Virus record (IMG/VR): IMGVR_UViG_3300025723_000131
Span: 1 to 29,500 of that record
Strand: one strand, 5' to 3'
DNA from: a virus
Taxonomy: Duplodnaviria; Caudoviricetes
DNA length: 29,500 nt
The notes under the pieces are model-generated. The model ran no database searches. It saw only the letters and a program-made list of their open reading frames with translations, and was not told the origin of the DNA. The number at the start of each line of letters is the position of its first letter. The first letter of the stretch is position 1. Below are positions 25,110 to 29,500 of the stretch, in pieces. The position numbers were made by a program, and so were the translations under genes.

Positions 25110-25856
25110 ATGGCCATTGCTACTATTGCTTCGAGAAATGATTTTGCTGAATACTGCCTAAGAAGATTGGGTAAACCTGTCATTGAGATCAACGTTGATC
25201 CAGATCAGGTTAGCGATCGTATTGATGATGCATTAAAGTATTACTGGGACTATCATTATGATGGCTCAGAAAAGATGTTTTACACATACATCCTTACACC
25301 CCAAGATATTCAAAACAAATATATCACTTTACCAGATAATATCATTGGTGCTGTTGATATGTTTGCTATTGGTGACTATATTGCTACCAATAACATTTTT
25401 AATATTCGTTATCAGATTGCATTGAATGATTTGTATACATTGACATACCAATCAATGGTACCATACTATATGGCATTCCAGCAATTGCAATTGTTAGAAC
25501 AATTACTTGTTGGTCAACAACCTTTAAGATATAATAGAAAATCACAAAGATTGTTCATTGATACTGATTGGTCAAAGATCAATGCTGGGTACTTCCTTGT
25601 TATCAGCGTATACCAAACAGTAGATCCAGATGTGTATTCATCTGTGTGGCAAGATAGATGGTTACAGGAATATGCTACTGCAAAGATTAAGCAGCAGTGG
25701 GGTGCTAACTTAACAAAGTTTACTGGTATGCAATTGCCAGGCGGTGTTCAGTTCAATGGTGAAAAGATATACAATGATGCTACTGACGAGATAAAGAAGT
25801 TGGAAGAGAGAATGATGATGGACTACAACATCATGCCAACATATTTGATGGGATAA
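25110..25856 (+). CDS. gp13: Neck protein (T4 gp13 homolog)
   Basis: YCLRRLGKPVIEINVD.DQ..DRIDDAL.Y..DYHYDG and WLQEYATAKIKQQWG.NL.KF.G.QLPGGV..NG, plus synteny. Confidence 0.93.
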   Translation: MAIATIASRNDFAEYCLRRLGKPVIEINVDPDQVSDRIDDALKYYWDYHYDGSEKMFYTYILTPQDIQNKYITLPDNIIGAVDMFAIGDYIATNNIFNIRYQIALNDLYTLTYQSMVPYYMAFQQLQLLEQLLVGQQPLRYNRKSQRLFIDTDWSKINAGYFLVISVYQTVDPDVYSSVWQDRWLQEYATAKIKQQWGANLTKFTGMQLPGGVQFNGEKIYNDATDEIKKLEERMMMDYNIMPTYLMG

Positions 25857-25860
25857 TACT

Positions 25861-26592
25861 TTGGCAACCTCACTTTATTTTAACAACTTTAACTCTAAAG
25901 CAGAACAGAATCTAATAGAGAATCTAGTAATAGAATCTATTAGAATCTACGGCATTGATGTGTATTACGTTCCTAGAGTAATCACAGCCGAGAGTTCTAC
26001 ATTTACAGAAGCTGTCAACTCTGCATATGATACAGCAGTTAATGTAGAGATGTATGTCAAGAGTATCGATGGCTTTGATGGTGATGGTGAATTTCTTTCT
26101 AGCTTTGGTGTACAGGTTCAAGAAGAAATTACATTCTCTATTGCATATAGAACTTTTGAAACTAATGTAGGTGCATATCTAAGAAGAGACCGTCCATTAG
26201 AAGGTGATTTGATTTGGTTTGCTCCTTATCAAGGTTTGTTCCAAATCAAGTACGTTGAGATGAGACCTGTATTCTATCAAATGGGTGCATTGCAATTCTA
26301 TGATATTACCTGTGAATTATTTCAATACTCTAATGAAATATTCAATACAGGCGTTCCTGATATTGATATTAAGTACAATACCATTGCTTCAGTATCACAA
26401 GCATATGATCTTTTCATGGAAGATGGCTTCTCTGTACTTGAAACAGAAGATGGTGCTGGTTTATATGAAGAAGAATATGTATTGGATACTTTAGATCCTG
26501 GTGCACAGAATGCTGCATTTGGTAACAACGTATTAACATTTGTAGATTTTAGTGAAATAGATCCATTCAGCGAAAGTCAGACAAGAATATGA
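25861..26592 (+). CDS. gp14: Neck protein (T4 gp14 homolog), TTG start
   Basis: EQNLIENLVIESIRIYGIDVYYVPR, RPLEGDLI, FYQMG, CELFQYSNE...TGV..ID and DFSE.DPF, plus synteny. Confidence 0.92.
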   Translation: MATSLYFNNFNSKAEQNLIENLVIESIRIYGIDVYYVPRVITAESSTFTEAVNSAYDTAVNVEMYVKSIDGFDGDGEFLSSFGVQVQEEITFSIAYRTFETNVGAYLRRDRPLEGDLIWFAPYQGLFQIKYVEMRPVFYQMGALQFYDITCELFQYSNEIFNTGVPDIDIKYNTIASVSQAYDLFMEDGFSVLETEDGAGLYEEEYVLDTLDPGAQNAAFGNNVLTFVDFSEIDPFSESQTRI

Positions 26593-27401
26593 TAGGTCCT
26601 AATCCATTTTATAATTCTTTGTTTAAAAAGTACGTAGCCATATTTGGTACGTTGTTTAACAATGTTATTATCGAAAGACATGATTCTGATGGTAACCTTC
26701 AGCAATCTATTCAAGTACCTATAGCATATGGACCGAGAGATAAGTTTCTTGCTCGTATCTTGCAAAACCCTACTGGTTCTAGTCCTACAGCCATCACTTT
26801 GCCAAGAATGGCCTTTGAAATCGATGGTATTGTGTATGCTCCAGATAGAAAATTGCAGACAGTAAAGAAGATCGTTACAGAGAACGATATCAATGGCAAG
26901 AACGTATACAAGAAGGTATTTACACCTGCACCTTATGATATTGGAATGAAACTTCAAATCATGAGTAAGACAATGGAAGATGGTCTACAAATTGTAGAAC
27001 AAATACTTCCTTATTTTACTCCAGAGTGGACTATTACAGCAGCAATGCTTGGCACAAATTTCAATGAGGAAACAGATATTCCTATTGTGTTGACTTCTGT
27101 TAATCTTGATGATACTTATGAAGCTGATTTTACAGAACGAAGAGTTCTTACGTTTGTGCTCAACTTTGTTATCAAAGGTTACTTCTGGGGTCCTGTCACA
27201 GAAAGCAAACTTATCAAGATTGTTCAAACCAATATATTCTTGGATACAACTTCACCTACAGTTCCTGTGTCAACAAGCATAAGACCAGGATTAACAGCTG
27301 ATGGACTACCAACCTCTAACTCTGATCTAACGGTAGCTCTTTCACAGATTGATGAAACATCAGATTTTGGATTTATTATAGATACAACAGGGAATAAGTA
27401 A
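26589..27401 (+). CDS. gp15: Tail sheath stabilizer / tail terminator (T4 gp15 homolog)
   Basis: FGTLFNN, VPIAYGPRDKFL, TLPRMAFE, LQIVEQILPYFTP and DIPIVL, plus synteny. Confidence 0.93.
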   Translation: MIGPNPFYNSLFKKYVAIFGTLFNNVIIERHDSDGNLQQSIQVPIAYGPRDKFLARILQNPTGSSPTAITLPRMAFEIDGIVYAPDRKLQTVKKIVTENDINGKNVYKKVFTPAPYDIGMKLQIMSKTMEDGLQIVEQILPYFTPEWTITAAMLGTNFNEETDIPIVLTSVNLDDTYEADFTERRVLTFVLNFVIKGYFWGPVTESKLIKIVQTNIFLDTTSPTVPVSTSIRPGLTADGLPTSNSDLTVALSQIDETSDFGFIIDTTGNK

Positions 27402-27402
27402 A

Positions 27403-27798
27403 GTGGCAAAAAAAGATGTAATATCCAGTGCTTTAGGATTGTCTCCAATGGAAGATTCTCCTTCAAAAATCACAGATATTCTTCCTGTAATTAAAGCAGA
27501 GAAGAATAATGACTATGAGTATGCAAGACGTAATCTCTACGATGTAATTGAAAAGGGTAGTAGTGCTCTTGAAGATATCATGGATATTGCAAAGCAATCA
27601 GAATCACCAAGAGCTTTTGAAGTAGTAACCAATTTAATTAAAACTATGGTAGATGCTAACAAGGATCTACTAGAACTAGCCAAGAAACACAAAGAGTTAA
27701 ATAAAGAAGAAGACCAAGGTCCTTCGACTGTGAATAACAATTTATTTGTTGGTTCTTCTGCAGAACTATTAAAGATGATAAAGAAAGAAAATGGCTGA
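27403..27798 (+). CDS. gp16: Terminase small subunit (T4 gp16 homolog), GTG start
   Basis: DYEYARRNLY..IEKG, A.QSESPRAFEV and TVNNNLFVGSSAELLKM. Immediately upstream of the large terminase. Confidence 0.92.
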   Translation: MAKKDVISSALGLSPMEDSPSKITDILPVIKAEKNNDYEYARRNLYDVIEKGSSALEDIMDIAKQSESPRAFEVVTNLIKTMVDANKDLLELAKKHKELNKEEDQGPSTVNNNLFVGSSAELLKMIKKENG

Positions 27799-29401
27799 TA
27801 TATATCTAGGTAATAAAAACCTAAAGAACAAAGATGTCAAGTTACAATTTAGCAAAGAGCAGATTGAGGAATATCTCAAGTGCGCTAGTGACGTTGATTA
27901 CTTTTGTGAAAATTATGTAAAGATTGTTTCTGTCGATAAGGGTCTCGTTCCCTTTAAGCCATTCCAATATCAGAAAAATATGTTTAAAGCGTTTGATGAT
28001 AATCGCTTTACTATTTGTAAGATGCCTCGTCAGGTTGGTAAAACTACAGGTGTCGTTGGTTATCTCTTACATAAGATTCTTTTTAATGAAAATTACAACA
28101 TTGCTGTGCTAGCAAATAAACAAGTGCAGGCAAGAGAAATTCTTTCCCGTGTTCAGCTAGCATACGAGTGGCTACCAAAGTGGTTACAGCAAGGAATAGT
28201 AGAGTGGAATAAAGGTAATATAGAACTAGAAAATGGTTCCAAAATCTTAGCATCTGCAACTTCGTCTTCTGCGGTTCGTGGTCAATCATATAATCTTGTT
28301 TATCTCGATGAGTTTGCATTCGTACCTAGAAACGTACAGGATGCATTCTTTGCTTCCGTGTTCCCTACAATCACATCTGGTGCTACATCGAAACTATTAA
28401 TTACTTCTACGCCAAATGGTATGAATCTATTCTACAAGATATGGATGGATTCAGTCAACGGAAATAACGACTATGCAAGAGTTGATGTGCATTGGTCTGA
28501 TGTTCCTGGAAGAGATGAAGCTTGGAAAGATTTGATGATCAGAAGTACTTCTGTAGATCAATTCCGTCAAGAATTTGAGTGTGAGTTTATGGGTTCAACC
28601 AATACTCTTATTCATCCTTCGTTTCTTTCTAAGATGGTGTTTAACAATCCTGTGCAGCTTGAACACCAAGGTTTGTTAAAAATATATAAGCAGCCTATTA
28701 AGGATCATGTTTATTGTATGACGGTAGACGTCTCTGAAGGTCTTGGATTAGATAGTTCAGCATTTACAATTATAGATTGTAGTGTGATGCCATATGAAGT
28801 TGTGGCTACATACAAAGATTCAAATATAACCGAGTTGATGTTTCCTACCTTATTAGACAACGTTGGTAAATATTATAACAATGCTTCTATCTTGGTTGAA
28901 ATTAACGTAGGTTCACAAGTAGTAAATATATTACAGCAAGATCTAGAATATGATAATATTGTAACTACTAAGACGAGTGGAAGAAGAGGTACAGTGATTG
29001 GGGCTTTTGGTGGTCAGCAATCAAGAATGGGTATTAAGACTTCTAAAGTAACAAAAAGAATTGGTTGTTCTAATCTTAAATCAATAGTAGAAAACAACAA
29101 GATTATATTAAACGACTATGATCTTATTAATGAACTTTCAACATACGTTGTTGATGGTTCTTCATACAATGCAGAAGAAGGTCATCATGATGACTTGGTA
29201 ATGTGTTTAGTTTTATTTGCTTGGATGGTAAGTCAAAACTACTTTAAAGACGTTTCTAATTCTGATATTAGAAAAAGAATTATGGATGATATTAGTGATA
29301 ACTTTACTCCATTTGGTTTTATTGATATGGGTATGGATACTGAAGAGGATCCTAAACGTATTTTATCTGATGGGGAATTGAACCATTTTCTTCTAAACTG
29401 A
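27791..29401 (+). CDS. gp17: Terminase large subunit (T4 gp17 homolog)
   Basis: Walker A PRQVGKTT, Walker B LVYLDEFAF, coupling motif ITSTPNG, nuclease motifs TVDVSEG...DSSAF and HDDLVM. Uninterrupted. Confidence 0.97.
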   Translation: MADIYLGNKNLKNKDVKLQFSKEQIEEYLKCASDVDYFCENYVKIVSVDKGLVPFKPFQYQKNMFKAFDDNRFTICKMPRQVGKTTGVVGYLLHKILFNENYNIAVLANKQVQAREILSRVQLAYEWLPKWLQQGIVEWNKGNIELENGSKILASATSSSAVRGQSYNLVYLDEFAFVPRNVQDAFFASVFPTITSGATSKLLITSTPNGMNLFYKIWMDSVNGNNDYARVDVHWSDVPGRDEAWKDLMIRSTSVDQFRQEFECEFMGSTNTLIHPSFLSKMVFNNPVQLEHQGLLKIYKQPIKDHVYCMTVDVSEGLGLDSSAFTIIDCSVMPYEVVATYKDSNITELMFPTLLDNVGKYYNNASILVEINVGSQVVNILQQDLEYDNIVTTKTSGRRGTVIGAFGGQQSRMGIKTSKVTKRIGCSNLKSIVENNKIILNDYDLINELSTYVVDGSSYNAEEGHHDDLVMCLVLFAWMVSQNYFKDVSNSDIRKRIMDDISDNFTPFGFIDMGMDTEEDPKRILSDGELNHFLLN

Positions 29402-29406
29402 CTTTT

Positions 29407-29414
29407 TATAAATA
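29407..29414 (+). promoter_or_regulatory. T4-type late promoter TATAAATA for the tail sheath gene
   Basis: Perfect consensus between gp17 and gp18, with an AAGGAG RBS at 29447-29452. Confidence 0.88.
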
Positions 29415-29458
29415 AGAACATATAAGATTTGATAATTTTATTATAAAAGGAGAATAAA

Positions 29459-29500
29459 ATGGCATTTCAAGTAAGTCCTGGTGTAAGCGTATCAGAATAT
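29459..29500 (+). CDS. gp18: Tail sheath protein (T4 gp18 homolog), first 14 codons only
   Basis: MAFQVSPGVSVSEY matches the conserved SPGV...E N-terminus of gp18. Strong RBS, late promoter, and position after gp17. Confidence 0.88.
   Translation, partial: MAFQVSPGVSVSEY

Noticed and set aside
27791-29401. Intron, intein or homing endonuclease in or near the terminase
   Set aside because: gp17 is contiguous and of ordinary length (536 aa), and gp13-gp18 are tightly packed.

Overview
AT-rich late (virion morphogenesis) region of a large T4-like myovirus. The right end is the conserved T4 block gp13-gp14-gp15-gp16-gp17 plus the first 14 codons of gp18. The left end carries what looks like the giant VrlC/DUF4815-type baseplate-region protein, here encoded as three separate ORFs, followed by a tail fibre with an S74 intramolecular chaperone. 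The middle ~16 kb is an accessory fibre island. It holds one antisense three-domain glycosyltransferase (GT4+GT2+GT-A), divergent from a 1678-aa Pro-poor Gly-X-Y (GFQGSV/GYTGSI) fibre. Four fibre transcription units follow, each behind its own T4-type late promoter (TATAAATA or CATAAATA). Three of them pair a Gly-X-Y fibre with a small putative tip protein, each of a different predicted fold: glycine-rich, beta-propeller, and a triplicated collar/His-x-His module. A GH19 lysin and a PAAR protein close the island. Leading hypothesis (inference): a modular, possibly glycosylated, multi-adhesin fibre system. All family calls come from motif recognition by eye; no database searches were run, and the host cannot be determined from this window.
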